DNA of 64,000 nucleotides from a virus: positions 1 to 64,000 of the IMG/VR virus record IMGVR_UViG_3300025769_012879, one strand, 5' to 3'. A program made the translations under genes and the position numbers. Each line of letters opens with the position of its first letter. The stretch's first letter is position 1. Positions 35,165-44,881 of this stretch are shown piece after piece. The notes beneath the pieces were generated by a model, which saw nothing but the letters and a program-made list of their open reading frames with translations, did not search any database and had not been told where the DNA came from.

Positions 35165-36261
35165 AAAAGAAGGTGTGTTTTATAGCAGCAAACGATTATG
35201 CTAATTGTTTAACTGAGTGGCGCAATTGCTTGAATACATATTCAGACAAATATGAGGCAAAAATAATTTGCTTTCATAAGCACACTTTTAAATACAGTTC
35301 TCAGCATGATTGGGATATTGACGGTTCTACATCTGAAGATTTAGAGTCCGCTAAGAATTGGTTGCTACAAAGTGATATAGTGATTGTCGCAGAAGAAATT
35401 GGCGTACATTGTAATAGAGGCGTTGCGGAAGAATATTCGAATAAAGGAGAAATTTCAAATATTGATGAATATAGGAGCAGCACTTTACTTAAGATTGATA
35501 ATTTGTTTCAAATTGAACTTTATGGAAAAGATAAACCGAAAAAAATGATCAATTTTCACTCTGGAAGCGTCTATAGGAGACAGTATAAACCCCTCAACTA
35601 TTTTAGTTTTGAATATCAAAAAACCTTTTATGGTCCAGATCTCTATAGATTGGGACCTAACAAGGAAAAAGATAGAGTTGTTTACTGCACTTATGTTTCT
35701 GGTCTTTCTTCAAGTCAAACTAAAAAAATGATTGATGAAAAGTTTAACAAAGAAAAAATAATAATTTCTCACACACCATCAAATGTTAAAAATAAGGGCA
35801 CTAAGTCTATAAATAGAGTTGTTAATAGGGTGTTAAAAAATATAAAAAATCCTGACAGATTTGAGTATGTTGTAAGAACTGGTGTATCTCATGATGAGAT
35901 AATTGATCTAAAAAAGAATTCTCACATTTGTATAGGTGAGTTTACAGATCAATCTTTTGATATTGGTGGATTTGGTGTTAGTACGATTGAAAGTGCTGCT
36001 TATGGAAATGTCTGTCTTGCATCAACTTACAACATAACAGAGGACGCTGTTAATAAAGCAAATGAGGGAGTTGGCAGCAAACAAATGAAAATTGTTGATA
36101 TTGGAAACACTGAATCTTATTTTGAAAAAGTTCTTACAAGAATTTTATCTCTTGAAACAGATAAAATTAAAAAACTTGCAAATGTGACGTATAATTGGTA
36201 TGAGGAATACTTGTCACCAATGTCTGTGTGCAAGAAATTAGAATATGAGTTTGAAAACTAA
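35155..36261 (+). CDS. Glycosyltransferase-like protein (GT-B)
   Basis: HTPSN..KGT; FGVSTIESAAYG. Confidence 0.65.
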   Translation: MSMKKKVCFIAANDYANCLTEWRNCLNTYSDKYEAKIICFHKHTFKYSSQHDWDIDGSTSEDLESAKNWLLQSDIVIVAEEIGVHCNRGVAEEYSNKGEISNIDEYRSSTLLKIDNLFQIELYGKDKPKKMINFHSGSVYRRQYKPLNYFSFEYQKTFYGPDLYRLGPNKEKDRVVYCTYVSGLSSSQTKKMIDEKFNKEKIIISHTPSNVKNKGTKSINRVVNRVLKNIKNPDRFEYVVRTGVSHDEIIDLKKNSHICIGEFTDQSFDIGGFGVSTIESAAYGNVCLASTYNITEDAVNKANEGVGSKQMKIVDIGNTESYFEKVLTRILSLETDKIKKLANVTYNWYEEYLSPMSVCKKLEYEFEN

Positions 36262-36874
36262 AATAGGTATAGTTGATTATGGATTGGGTAACGTTGGATC
36301 CATACAGAACATGCTTAAAAAGATTGGATATCATGATGTTTGCGTTGTAAAAAGTAAAAATGATTTCAATAAAGTTTCAAAATTAATTTTACCCGGCGTT
36401 GGTGCTTTTGATACAGCAATGAAAAAAATCCAAGATAGTTTTGGAATTGAGTATCTAAAAGATCAGATTATAAATAAAAAACAATCAACTCTTGGCATAT
36501 GTCTAGGTATGCAAGTTTTGGCAAACGATAGCGAAGAAGGTTGTTTGAAAGGACTTGAACTTATAGATTGTTCTGTCAAAAAGATAATTGTTGAAGAAGG
36601 GACAAATTTAAAAATTCCACACATGGGTTGGAATTATGTAAAAACAGAAAAAGAAAATCTATTAATGAGTGGATTGGAAAACAAAGATTACTATTTTGTT
36701 CATTCCTATTATGTTGATTGTCATAATCAAGAAAATGTCTTAATGACAACAAATTACCATAAGGACTTTGCTTCTGTGATATCCCGTGATAATATTTACG
36801 GTGTTCAATTTCACCCTGAAAAAAGTCATAAGCATGGTATGAAATTACTGAAAAACTTTGTTGAACTATGCTGA
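36245..36874 (+). CDS. hisH: HisH-like glutamine amidotransferase (sugar-cluster type, WbuY/HisH2)
   Basis: DYGLGN, LPGVG, GICLGMQ, PHMGWN, FVHSY, QFHPEKS. Confidence 0.9.
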   Translation: MSLKTKIGIVDYGLGNVGSIQNMLKKIGYHDVCVVKSKNDFNKVSKLILPGVGAFDTAMKKIQDSFGIEYLKDQIINKKQSTLGICLGMQVLANDSEEGCLKGLELIDCSVKKIIVEEGTNLKIPHMGWNYVKTEKENLLMSGLENKDYYFVHSYYVDCHNQENVLMTTNYHKDFASVISRDNIYGVQFHPEKSHKHGMKLLKNFVELC

Positions 36875-37638
36875 GAAAAAGAATAATACCATGTCTTTTA
36901 ATGCTGGATGGCAATTTAGTAAAGACGAGAAAATTTAAAGAACCAAAATATGTTGGCGATCCAATAAATGCTGTAACCATCTTCAATGATAAAGAGTTGG
37001 ATGAGATTATCTTACTAGATATTGGTTGTTCAAAAAATAATACTGAAATAAACTACGATATTCTTGAAAAGGTTGTTAAAGAATGCTTTATCCCTCTAAC
37101 CTATGGCGGTGGAGTGCAAACTATAGACCAGATGAAAAAAATCTTTTCTTTGGGAGTAGAGAAAATAGTAGTAAACAATTCAGCAATAAACAATCCTAAA
37201 CTTTTAAAAGAAGCAGTTAAAATGTTTGGATCACAGAGTATAATAGCAGGAGTTGATGTTAAGAAAAGTTTTTTTAAGAAAAACAAGATCTTTTCACACG
37301 TAAGCGGAAAAACCTTAAATAAACCGTTAGAGAAATATTTTATCGAATTGCAAGAAATTGGAGTTGGTGAAGTGTTTTTAAACTCTGTTGACGGAGATGG
37401 GACCTGGGAGGGTTACGATGTCAGTACCAACAAAGCAATATCAAAACTTTTAAATGTGCCAATTATTGCTTGCGGAGGCGCGGGAAACCATAAACATATT
37501 CATTCTCTGTTTAATAGTACAGATGTTATGGCAGCAGCGCTTGGAAGTATGGCAGTTTATCAAAAGAAAGATTTTGGCGTTTTAATAAATTTTCCGCTAA
37601 AAAAAGAAAGAGAGAGAATTTTATATGAAAGAGTGTAA
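36868..37638 (+). CDS. hisF: HisF-like ammonia-channel subunit (WbuZ/HisF2/AglZ type)
   Basis: RIIPCLL..LVKT..F..PKYVGDPINAV.IFN; GVLINFP tail. Confidence 0.9.
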   Translation: MLRKRIIPCLLMLDGNLVKTRKFKEPKYVGDPINAVTIFNDKELDEIILLDIGCSKNNTEINYDILEKVVKECFIPLTYGGGVQTIDQMKKIFSLGVEKIVVNNSAINNPKLLKEAVKMFGSQSIIAGVDVKKSFFKKNKIFSHVSGKTLNKPLEKYFIELQEIGVGEVFLNSVDGDGTWEGYDVSTNKAISKLLNVPIIACGGAGNHKHIHSLFNSTDVMAAALGSMAVYQKKDFGVLINFPLKKERERILYERV

Positions 37639-38758
37639 TATATGTCTATATAACGACGATGCGATACCACACATCGATTTTGATGAGAATGGGGTGTGCA
37701 ATTATTGCAAGCAGCATGAAACAATGTCAGTAGAGTTTCCCATTGGGGAATCTGGTGATCAAAAACTAAATGACATTATTCAGCAGATAAAAGAAGATGG
37801 TAAAACAAAGCAATACGACGTTGTTGTTGGGTTTAGCGGTGGATGTGATTCTTCTTACCTACTAGACTTGGCAGTTAAGCATGGGTTGAGACCATTAGCA
37901 GTTCATTATGACAACACATGGAACTCTAAGATTGCAGTTGAAAATATTTACAAACTAACAAAAAAACTAAATGTAGACTTATATACACACGTTGTCGACA
38001 CAAAAGAACACAATTTGGTTTATAGGTCTCTATTGAACGCATCAGTTCCAGATATTGATAGTCACAATGATATGGGGTTACAAACAACTTTGTATCTAGC
38101 GGCAGAGAAATATAACATTAAATACATTTGGCAGGGTCACGCTTTTAGAACTGAGGGGATTACCCCGCATGGATGGACCTATATTGATGCAAAGTACGTT
38201 CAGAGCGTCCACACAGCGAATGGTGGCAAGAAAATCAAGACAATACCATTAATGTGGTTGCACAAATGGTTTAAATGGATGCTATACAATAAAATAAAAA
38301 GAATAAGACCTCTCTATTATATTGATTATAAGAAGCAGGAAGTTAAGAAATATCTAAAAGAGAAGTATGATTGGGAATGGTATGGTGGTCATCATATGGA
38401 GAATAAGACTGCATACTTTGTAAACAACTATTGGTTGCCTAATAAGTTTAAAATAGACACTAGAATTGTAGAGTTATCAGCACAGATTAGATCGGGACAC
38501 ATGACAAAACAGGAAGCAAAGGAAGTTTTGTCAGAAAAAATGACATACGATGACAGTTTGACAGATGAGGTTAAAAGTCGTTTAGGGTTGACAGATGAAG
38601 AGTTTGGTGTTATAATGAGGAACCCTAATAAAAGTTTCAAAGATTTTAAAAACTACAAAAAGACTTTTGAAAATTTAAGATGGGTTTTTTGGTTACTATA
38701 CAAAACAAACTTTGTACCAAAAAGTTTTTACGATAAATACACAAAAAAATATGATTAA
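37625..38758 (+). CDS. N-acetyl sugar amidotransferase (WbuX/WbpG/PseA-like)
   Basis: CNIC..CNYC; SGGCDSS PP-loop; QIRSG. Confidence 0.9.
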   Translation: MKECNICLYNDDAIPHIDFDENGVCNYCKQHETMSVEFPIGESGDQKLNDIIQQIKEDGKTKQYDVVVGFSGGCDSSYLLDLAVKHGLRPLAVHYDNTWNSKIAVENIYKLTKKLNVDLYTHVVDTKEHNLVYRSLLNASVPDIDSHNDMGLQTTLYLAAEKYNIKYIWQGHAFRTEGITPHGWTYIDAKYVQSVHTANGGKKIKTIPLMWLHKWFKWMLYNKIKRIRPLYYIDYKKQEVKKYLKEKYDWEWYGGHHMENKTAYFVNNYWLPNKFKIDTRIVELSAQIRSGHMTKQEAKEVLSEKMTYDDSLTDEVKSRLGLTDEEFGVIMRNPNKSFKDFKNYKKTFENLRWVFWLLYKTNFVPKSFYDKYTKKYD

Positions 38759-39401
38759 AAAAGTTATTATACTCGGAACAGGTGGAAATTGCCTGGATAT
38801 ATTAGACACAATCAACGATATTAATGAAAAAGAAAAGAAATATGAATGTGTCGGTTTTTTAGACGACAATGAAAGCATGTGGGGCAAAACCTTAATGGGT
38901 AAAAAAGTTTTAGGTCCGCTCAAACTTGCTAAAGATTATGATGATTGCTTTTTTGTAAATGGAATAGGGAGCGATAGAACCTTTCTGTTTAAAAAGAAGA
39001 TTATCGATTCAACTGGTGTAACACTAGATAAGTTTGAAACAATTATTCATCCCACTGCAAGTGTTTCTAGGACTGCAAAACTTGGTAATGGAGTTGTTGT
39101 ATTTCAAAATGTTACAATTACCACAAATGTGGAGGTGGGTAATCATGTTATTATTTTACCCAATTCAATAGTAAGTCACGACTCAATAGTTGGTGATTAT
39201 TGTTGTATAACTGGCGGTGTTGCTATTTCTGGAATGGTTAAGATAGGAGAGTTCTGCTATGTTGGTACTGGCAGTTCAATTAGAAATGGTGTGACAGTAG
39301 GTAAGAACAGTTTGATAGGCATGGGAGGCGTAGTTACAAAAGATATTGAGTCTGAATCAGTTGTTTACGGAGCACCCGCAAAATTTATTAGGAAAACATG
39401 A
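38751..39401 (+). CDS. NeuD/PglD-type sugar acetyltransferase
   Basis: IILGTGG, GFLDD, IIHPTA, hexapeptide repeats, GAPAK. Start placed at MIKKV. Confidence 0.85.
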   Translation: MIKKVIILGTGGNCLDILDTINDINEKEKKYECVGFLDDNESMWGKTLMGKKVLGPLKLAKDYDDCFFVNGIGSDRTFLFKKKIIDSTGVTLDKFETIIHPTASVSRTAKLGNGVVVFQNVTITTNVEVGNHVIILPNSIVSHDSIVGDYCCITGGVAISGMVKIGEFCYVGTGSSIRNGVTVGKNSLIGMGGVVTKDIESESVVYGAPAKFIRKT

Positions 39402-40366
39402 AGAGAATTTTAAAAGATAAAAACATTTTAGTTACAGGCGGCGCTGGTTTTATTGGCGGTTCTTTGGTTAGAAAACTACAATCAGATAACAATGTTGTAG
39501 TATACGATAATCTTTTTCACGAAAGATTAGATTTTTCGGAAATAAAGAACTCAATTAAGTTTGTAAAAGGTGACATCTTGGACTATGATTTACTAGAAAG
39601 TGTCATACGAGAAAATAAAATAAATGTTGTTGTTCATGCTGCCGCGATTGCAGGTATAGACACGGTTACTAAAAACCCTGTTAATACAATGGAGGTTAAC
39701 GCAATTGGCACATTTAATGTCTTGAGGGCATGTACCGCAAACATGGAAAACATCGAGCAGGTTCTTGAGTTTTCAACTTCTGAGGTCTTTGGTCCAACCG
39801 CCTACAAGACAACAGAGAAAGATAAGACTGTAACTTGTGCTACTGGTGATGCACGTTGGATATATGCCGTTAGTAAACTGGCAGGAGAACACATGTCTAG
39901 TTGTTATCACAAGCAATACAACTTACCAGTAACCACTGTGCGACCATTTAATGTTTATGGTCCAGGTCAGGTTGGCGACAGCGCAATGCGAACATTTGTT
40001 TTAAACGCCTTAAGTGATAAGGATATAACAATACATGGTGATGGATCTCAAATAAGAGCATGGTGCTATATTGACGACTTTATTGACTGCATTATGAAGT
40101 GTCTGAGCGATGATAGCGCAATAGGTGAATGTTTTAACATAGGAGACTCAAAGTCCGTAGTTACAATATTTCACTTGGCAAAAATGATAAAAAGATTAGC
40201 GAAGTCTAATTCAGAAATTAAATTTGTATCTGCAAATCAGGCAGATGTTTCCTTGAGAATTCCTAGTGTAGAAAAAGCAAAAAATGTTTTAGGATTTGAA
40301 GCGGCAGTAGGAATTGAAGAAGGGATTGAAAAAACAATCGAATATTTTAGAGGTAAAAATGATTAA
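39398..40366 (+). CDS. NAD-dependent sugar epimerase/dehydratase (UDP-GlcA decarboxylase-like SDR)
   Basis: GGAGFIG, STSEVFG, YAVSK, RPFNVYGP. Confidence 0.9.
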   Translation: MKRILKDKNILVTGGAGFIGGSLVRKLQSDNNVVVYDNLFHERLDFSEIKNSIKFVKGDILDYDLLESVIRENKINVVVHAAAIAGIDTVTKNPVNTMEVNAIGTFNVLRACTANMENIEQVLEFSTSEVFGPTAYKTTEKDKTVTCATGDARWIYAVSKLAGEHMSSCYHKQYNLPVTTVRPFNVYGPGQVGDSAMRTFVLNALSDKDITIHGDGSQIRAWCYIDDFIDCIMKCLSDDSAIGECFNIGDSKSVVTIFHLAKMIKRLAKSNSEIKFVSANQADVSLRIPSVEKAKNVLGFEAAVGIEEGIEKTIEYFRGKND

Positions 40367-41462
40367 GTTTTTTGATTACACAAGAGTGTTAAAACCACAT
40401 AAAGAAGAGATTTATGAAAGAATGGATCGGATATTTGACGATGGAATATTCATTCTAGGAGGTCAAGTAAAGGAGTTCGAAGATAAGTTCGCGGAATATA
40501 CTGGAGCAAAGCACGCTGTAGGTGTTTCAAGCGGCACAGACGCCCTGCTAACGATCTTTATGGCACTAGACCTAGAACCAGGGGATGAGGTCATAGTAAC
40601 GCCATATACGTTTGTGGCGTCGATTACATCTATTGTTAGGGCGGGATTGAAACCAGTATTTGTTGACGTTGAAAAAGACTCTTATCATCCCACAGTTGAT
40701 TCAATTATTGAAAAGTGGACTGATAAAACAAAAGCAGTTTTGTACGTGCATTTGTTTGGAGAGGCGATTGACTTAGATAAGTTAAAAAAGCACTGTGAAC
40801 AAAATGATGCATTCTTAATTGAAGACTGTGCTCAATCTTTTGGATCAAAATACAGTGATGGAAAAAGTGTTGGCACCATCGGAGATGCTGGAGCATTTAG
40901 TTTCTTTCCAGCAAAAAACTTAGGGTGCTTGGGCGATGGGGGAATGGTCATAACTTCAAATGATGCCTTGCATGAAAAAGTATCAATGATTCGAAAGCAT
41001 GGGTCTAAAAAGAGGTATTACCACGAAATTTTGGGTGGTAACTTTCGCCTGGATACAATTCAAGCAGCAGCATTGAATGTTCTCTTGCCACAGATAGATA
41101 CTTGGGTTTCTAAAAGAAAAGATAACGCCAATTATTATTTAAAAAATATAAGAAATAACAATATAATAGGGTTACCGGAAGACTATCCAGGTAATTCATG
41201 GAATCAGTTTGTAATTCGAACCAAGTTTAGAGATGAGTTGCAGAAGCATCTAAAAGAGAACGGCGTTCAAACTTTTATATACTGGGAATTGGGATGTCAC
41301 AAGCAAGAAGTCTTTAAAGACGAAGACTTTTCTAAGGTGCAAATGAACAACACAGATGAGATTTGTGATCAAGTATTGGCGTTGCCAGTTTATCCAATGT
41401 TGAAAGAAGAAGAGCGTAAAAAGGTTGTAGAGTTAATTAACTCTTTTAAGGTAGGAGAATAA
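40359..41462 (+). CDS. DegT-family sugar aminotransferase (WbpE-like)
   Basis: SGTDAL, EDCAQ, SFFPAKNLG, NFRLD. Start at MIKFF with GAGG SD. Confidence 0.9.
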   Translation: MIKFFDYTRVLKPHKEEIYERMDRIFDDGIFILGGQVKEFEDKFAEYTGAKHAVGVSSGTDALLTIFMALDLEPGDEVIVTPYTFVASITSIVRAGLKPVFVDVEKDSYHPTVDSIIEKWTDKTKAVLYVHLFGEAIDLDKLKKHCEQNDAFLIEDCAQSFGSKYSDGKSVGTIGDAGAFSFFPAKNLGCLGDGGMVITSNDALHEKVSMIRKHGSKKRYYHEILGGNFRLDTIQAAALNVLLPQIDTWVSKRKDNANYYLKNIRNNNIIGLPEDYPGNSWNQFVIRTKFRDELQKHLKENGVQTFIYWELGCHKQEVFKDEDFSKVQMNNTDEICDQVLALPVYPMLKEEERKKVVELINSFKVGE

Positions 41463-41463
41463 A

Positions 41464-41856
41464 ATGATACATGAGACAGCAAATTTGTATGATTCTTGTA
41501 CTATAGGAGATAATACAAAAATCGGTGCATTTTCAGAAATAGGAAAAGATGTAAAGATTGGAGATAATTGTTCAATTGGTTACGGTGTATTTATACCAGA
41601 GAACGTAATTCTAGAAGATGGTGTTTTTATAGGTCCTGGTACTGTATTTACAAATGATAAATACGCCCCATCAAGAGGGAAGTGGAGAGATGATCCCCCA
41701 ACAGTTGTGAAGGCGGGGGCAACAATAGGCGCAAATTGCACGATTCTACCTAGTTTAACCATTGGTGAGGGTGCTAGAGTTGGCGCTGGTTCTGTAGTCA
41801 CAAGAGACGTTGAGCAGGGATCCATTGTTTTTGGAAATCCTGCTAAAAAGAGATAA
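41464..41856 (+). CDS. Hexapeptide N-acetyltransferase (WbpD-like)
   Basis: VFIGPGTVFTND..P; IGANCTI; GNPA. Confidence 0.85.
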   Translation: MIHETANLYDSCTIGDNTKIGAFSEIGKDVKIGDNCSIGYGVFIPENVILEDGVFIGPGTVFTNDKYAPSRGKWRDDPPTVVKAGATIGANCTILPSLTIGEGARVGAGSVVTRDVEQGSIVFGNPAKKR

Positions 41857-41886
41857 AACAAATTAAAATTATTTAAGGAGACATAA

Positions 41887-42795
41887 GTGAAAAATTTTGG
41901 TCTAATTGGTGCAGCGGGATATATTGCACCAAGACACATGCAAGCAATTAAAGAAACAGGAAACAATTTGAAGGTAGCGTTAGATCCATCTGATTCTGTT
42001 GGAATTATGGATTCATACTTTCCAGACGCTTCTTTTTTTACAGAGACGGAAAGATTTGATAGACACATAGACAAGTTAAAGCATAAGGGTCAAGGATTAG
42101 ATTACATATCTGTTTGCTCACCCAATTATCTTCACGATTCTCATGTCCGTCTTGGGTTGAGGGCAGGTTGTGATGTGATTTGTGAAAAACCACTGGTTTT
42201 AAACCCCAAAAACATTGACTATCTCAAGATTCTAGAGGAGCAGACTGGTAAAAAAATTAATAACATTTTACAATTAAGACACCACTATATCATAAAAGAG
42301 TTGAAAAATAGTGTTGAAAACTCTCCAAAAGATAAGATTTATGATTTTGATTTGACATACATTACTTCTCGTGGGTTGTGGTACCACCACTCTTGGAAGG
42401 GAGATGAAAGTAAGTCTGGTGGACTTGTAACTAACATTGGTGTTCACTTTTTTGATATGCTTATGTGGATTTTTGGAGGTGTTGAGGAGAACATTGTCCA
42501 TGAGAGAAACAAAAGCGCTGTTAGCGGAACTCTTAGACTTGAAAGAGCAAATGTAAGATGGTTTTTAAGTTGCGACTACAATAGATTACCACAGGAAGTC
42601 AAGGACAAGGGACAAAGGACCTTTAGGAATATTTCTATAGACGGAAACGAAATGGAATTCAGTAAGGGATTTACAGATTTACATATTAAAAGTTATCAAG
42701 AAATTTTGAATGGAAATGGTTTTAGGATTGAAGAAGTCAAACCGTCAATTCAATTGGTATATGATATTGCAAAATCAGAACTAGTGGAGGTATAA
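41887..42795 (+). CDS. wbpB: UDP-GlcNAcA 3-dehydrogenase (WbpB-like Gfo/Idh/MocA)
   Basis: IGAAGYIAPRH, CSPNYLHDSH, CEKPL, YITSRG.WY..SWKGD, TNIGVHFFDML, GFTDLH. Confidence 0.9.
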   Translation: MKNFGLIGAAGYIAPRHMQAIKETGNNLKVALDPSDSVGIMDSYFPDASFFTETERFDRHIDKLKHKGQGLDYISVCSPNYLHDSHVRLGLRAGCDVICEKPLVLNPKNIDYLKILEEQTGKKINNILQLRHHYIIKELKNSVENSPKDKIYDFDLTYITSRGLWYHHSWKGDESKSGGLVTNIGVHFFDMLMWIFGGVEENIVHERNKSAVSGTLRLERANVRWFLSCDYNRLPQEVKDKGQRTFRNISIDGNEMEFSKGFTDLHIKSYQEILNGNGFRIEEVKPSIQLVYDIAKSELVEV

Positions 42796-42796
42796 A

Positions 42797-42979
42797 ATGA
42801 TTTTATCTGATCAAGCGTTAGGTGCAGTAATGATGGCACTACAGAAATCTTTACTAGAACAATCAGACATTGTTCCAGTTTTAAAGAGTTTTAATTTTAC
42901 AGCAGATGGAGAGGAGTTAACAGTTGACAACCCACCATCATTCAAGTTGGACGAGTTTGATGATGCAGAAGATAGTTGA
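42797..42979 (+). CDS. Small conserved hypothetical protein
   Basis: GGAGG SD; LSDQALGAVMMALQKSL..NPP. Confidence 0.7.
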   Translation: MILSDQALGAVMMALQKSLLEQSDIVPVLKSFNFTADGEELTVDNPPSFKLDEFDDAEDS

Positions 42980-43319
42980 GAAACCTTGGGGGCATGAAAA
43001 GATTATCGTTCATACTGACAAGTATGTTATGAAAAAACTGTTCATTAAAGCAGGTCAGCGATTGTCTAGGCAGTTTCATGTCCAGAAAGACGAAACAGTA
43101 TATGTTTGCCAGGGAATGCTTCTTCTAGATTTGTCAAGAAATGATAATGAGAGTAATATTGTGAAACTGAAAGAGGGTAAGTCTTGGAGAATTACACCAA
43201 ATACAATTCACAGATTTACTGCACCAGAGAATCAAGATGTTGTACTATATGAGGTCTCAACACCAGAATTAGACGATGTTGTACGCCTTTCAGACGATTA
43301 TGGGAGAGCAGGTGCCTAA
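42963..43319 (+). CDS. Cupin (mannose-6-phosphate isomerase type II-like)
   Basis: KPWGHE, LSRQFH..KDET, HRF, EVSTP..DVVR. Confidence 0.85.
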   Translation: MQKIVEKPWGHEKIIVHTDKYVMKKLFIKAGQRLSRQFHVQKDETVYVCQGMLLLDLSRNDNESNIVKLKEGKSWRITPNTIHRFTAPENQDVVLYEVSTPELDDVVRLSDDYGRAGA

Positions 43320-43578
43320 GTATCATTATAAATGTAACAGTTGTACGAGAGAGTGGTGGGAGTGGTTACCCGTTTCCGAATCAAATAGAAAGGTATGCCC
43401 TCATTGTCAGGGACCACCCCCACAAAAAATTCCCACTGGATTCACGGTGATCGGAGGGAAAGTTGAAGAAAAAAAAGATTCCAAAGAAAATGTAGTATCT
43501 CATATTGAAGAAAATAGAGAAATTCTTAAAAAAATGAGAGAACAAGCAAAAACCAAGGATGTGTTTGAAAATGATTGA
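43312..43578 (+). CDS. FmdB-family zinc-ribbon protein
   Basis: GTG start; PKYHYKCNSC..CPHC. Confidence 0.75.
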   Translation: MPKYHYKCNSCTREWWEWLPVSESNRKVCPHCQGPPPQKIPTGFTVIGGKVEEKKDSKENVVSHIEENREILKKMREQAKTKDVFEND

Positions 43579-43843
43579 AAGTTTAGCAATAATAGGGACA
43601 ATAATCTTTATTGGTCTTTTTTTCGGGTCTGTTTGGTTCAATGTGTTTTTAATAAGAAAACTTTTGTACTTCAATGAAAATTTTGATCAGATTGATCTAT
43701 CGGTGGATAGTTTTACAAAACACCTAGAGGAGTTGTATGATTTGCCGATGTTTTATGGCGATGAGAATTTAGAAAAATTATTAGAGCATTCAAGAGAGTT
43801 AAGAAGAGATTTAGAAGAGTTTAAGAGCAAATATTCACAATGA
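43571..43843 (+). CDS. Single-pass membrane protein
   Basis: N-terminal hydrophobic helix; FYGDE.L motif. Confidence 0.65.
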   Translation: MIESLAIIGTIIFIGLFFGSVWFNVFLIRKLLYFNENFDQIDLSVDSFTKHLEELYDLPMFYGDENLEKLLEHSRELRRDLEEFKSKYSQ

Positions 43844-44529
43844 GAAAAAGAAAAAAGAGAACAAAAAATTTATATTTTACTAAGATACATGAAGAAGCGA
43901 TAGTGCAATACGCAAGATCAACAAACTTGGCAGAAAAAACAAAACTATACGCGACATTAATACAACCAGCATTTAATGAACTTGTAGATAAGATTGTTTA
44001 CACATATAAGTTTAACAATCTTCCAAATATTGATTATTTAAAGGATGATTGTAAGGTTTGGTTGACAACAATCTTGGATAAGTATAATCCAGATAGAGGG
44101 TCTAAGGCATTCTCATATTTCAGCGTAATCACCAAGAACTGGTTCATCCATAAGGTAAAAAAGAACGCTCAGGCAGCAAAGAGAGAGATTCCCATGGAAG
44201 ACGTCCTAAAGACTTCTCAGAGTGAATTTATTGTAGTTGACAACCCCTACGAGAGAGACCGTGAGAAAAGAGAGTTTTGGGAGTCGCTCACATTGTTTGT
44301 GAAGAGTTTGGAAAAGAACACCTCGGTAATTAAAAACGAAAATGATCGTAAAGTCATATCTTCAATTGAATATATGCTTGAAAACATGGATAAATTAGAA
44401 ATTTTAAATAAAAAAGCAATTTATTTATACTTGCGTGAAATGACAGGGTTGACAACAAAGCAATTAGCACCAACACTTAGAAAGGTTAAGGTAGAATACA
44501 GGCATTTCATTACAAAATGGAATAACTAA
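43840..44529 (+). CDS. Phage sigma factor, probably late (T4 gp55-like)
   Basis: YFT..E..I..Y; region-2-like KYNPDRGSKAFSYFSVITKNWF. Confidence 0.75.
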   Translation: MRKRKKRTKNLYFTKIHEEAIVQYARSTNLAEKTKLYATLIQPAFNELVDKIVYTYKFNNLPNIDYLKDDCKVWLTTILDKYNPDRGSKAFSYFSVITKNWFIHKVKKNAQAAKREIPMEDVLKTSQSEFIVVDNPYERDREKREFWESLTLFVKSLEKNTSVIKNENDRKVISSIEYMLENMDKLEILNKKAIYLYLREMTGLTTKQLAPTLRKVKVEYRHFITKWNN

Positions 44530-44543
44530 ATTTAAAGTTATTT

Positions 44544-44550
44544 CTATTTA
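44544..44550 (+). promoter_or_regulatory. Putative late promoter CTATTTA
   Basis: Heads the baseplate operon. Confidence 0.6.
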
Positions 44551-44566
44551 TTTTTGAGGTGTTTTC

Positions 44567-44881
44567 ATGAATAAAGAAAAACTTATAGAAGAAGCGCTAA
44601 ATAACATTCGTAATGATAGAAGCACTACAGAGAACCTATTAGTAGATCTACAGCAAGAAATAAACCAAAATCAGGTTGAAAATGTAAAAGCGGGCATAGT
44701 GGCAGCAAAGTATGTTGAAACACTTCAACGTTCAAATGAACAACTTGTAAAGGTTCTTCATTTAATTCAAAAAGCAGAACAGCAAAATGGCAGTATTGAA
44801 CTATCTGACAATGAAAAAGATAATCTCTTTGAGTTGATTCAAGGGGAAATGAACGAACGAGCAGCAGGTGATGAAGGGTGA
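44567..44881 (+). CDS. Helical hypothetical protein preceding baseplate genes
   Basis: GAGG SD. Confidence 0.7.
   Translation: MNKEKLIEEALNNIRNDRSTTENLLVDLQQEINQNQVENVKAGIVAAKYVETLQRSNEQLVKVLHLIQKAEQQNGSIELSDNEKDNLFELIQGEMNERAAGDEG

Noticed and set aside
36245-37638. Histidine biosynthesis genes
   Set aside because: Adjacent to an N-acetyl sugar amidotransferase inside a sugar cluster; sequence matches the HisH2/HisF2 type; no other his genes.
30176-43319. Bacterial O-antigen locus (host contamination or chimera)
   Set aside because: Genes overlap continuously with phage genes on both sides, composition looks similar, and membrane assembly genes are absent.
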